Origin: a virus
Taxonomy: Duplodnaviria > Heunggongvirae > Uroviricota > Caudoviricetes
Virus record (IMG/VR): IMGVR_UViG_3300034105_002625
Location: 1-25,436 of that record
Length of the DNA stretch: 25,436 nucleotides
Reading direction: 5' to 3' (one strand)
The notes beneath the pieces are model-generated. The model worked only from the letters and a program-made list of their open reading frames with translations. It was not told the DNA's origin and did no database searches. Shown piece after piece: positions 25,167 through 25,436 of the stretch (the stretch's first letter is position 1; each line of letters begins with the position of its first letter). Both the position numbers and the translations under genes were made by a program.

Positions 25167-25436
25167 ATGTCAGAAGAAACAAACGAAGGTGGATTATCAG
25201 GATTGAAAAAAACAATCTTAGGAACTTTAACAACTATTGTAACAGCAGGAGGAGTTTGGTTAACAACTCATTTATTTGGAGGAGAAGCTACAGATAAAGA
25301 AGAAGTAAAAACTGAAGTAGCAGCACCAGCAGCTGCAGCACCAGTTATCATCAACTTATCAAACAATAACACCAACCAACAAAAACAACAATCAAACAAT
25401 TCCAATTCAGCTAAAGCAGCACCTGCACCAGTTCAA
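25167..25436 (+). CDS. Truncated membrane-anchored protein (5' part)
   Basis: ATG at 25167, 3 nt after the previous stop, open to the window end: MSEETNEGGLSGLKKTILGTLTTIVTAGGVWLTTHLFGG, then Ala/Pro- and Asn/Gln-rich linkers. Not in the supplied ORF track. Confidence 0.75.
   Translation, partial: MSEETNEGGLSGLKKTILGTLTTIVTAGGVWLTTHLFGGEATDKEEVKTEVAAPAAAAPVIINLSNNNTNQQKQQSNNSNSAKAAPAPVQ

Noticed and set aside
1-25436. Stop-codon reassignment (alternative genetic code)
   Set aside because: Code 11 gives long intact ORFs at high coding density, and TAA, TAG and TGA all serve as gene ends.
1-25436. CRISPR arrays, tRNA or rRNA genes
   Set aside because: Intergenic gaps are short (under about 150 nt) and show no repeat-spacer periodicity or cloverleaf signatures.

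Overview
This window is part of a large, AT-rich contractile-tailed (myovirus-type) phage genome. All credible genes are on the + strand in genetic code 11. It has three blocks. (1) 1-12788, tail and baseplate: sheath, tube, a tail/baseplate-hub assembly chaperone pair joined by a probable +1 frameshift, tape measure, tube-initiator-like protein, LysM/gp53-like protein, and a hub protein with a SleB-like muralytic domain. (2) 12849-22250, replication and nucleotide metabolism: an unusually short family A polymerase, gp32-like SSB, RecA/UvsX, 5'-3' flap nuclease, DnaB/gp41-like helicase, class I nrdB-nrdA, and a membrane-anchored PD-(D/E)XK nuclease. (3) 22264-25436, an accessory operon of three Sec-exported proteins (C-type lectin + dockerin-like; cohesin-like + dockerin-like; cohesin-like + type IX secretion C-terminal sorting domain) followed by a truncated membrane protein. 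Block 3 is the most novel-looking element: a possible phage-encoded cohesin-dockerin adhesin that uses the host T9SS. The T9SS signal, Gln at +1 after the signal peptides and the lack of Shine-Dalgarno sites point to a Bacteroidota host. Two recurrent promoter-like motifs and several terminators are visible. All family assignments come from motif recognition by eye; no database search was run.
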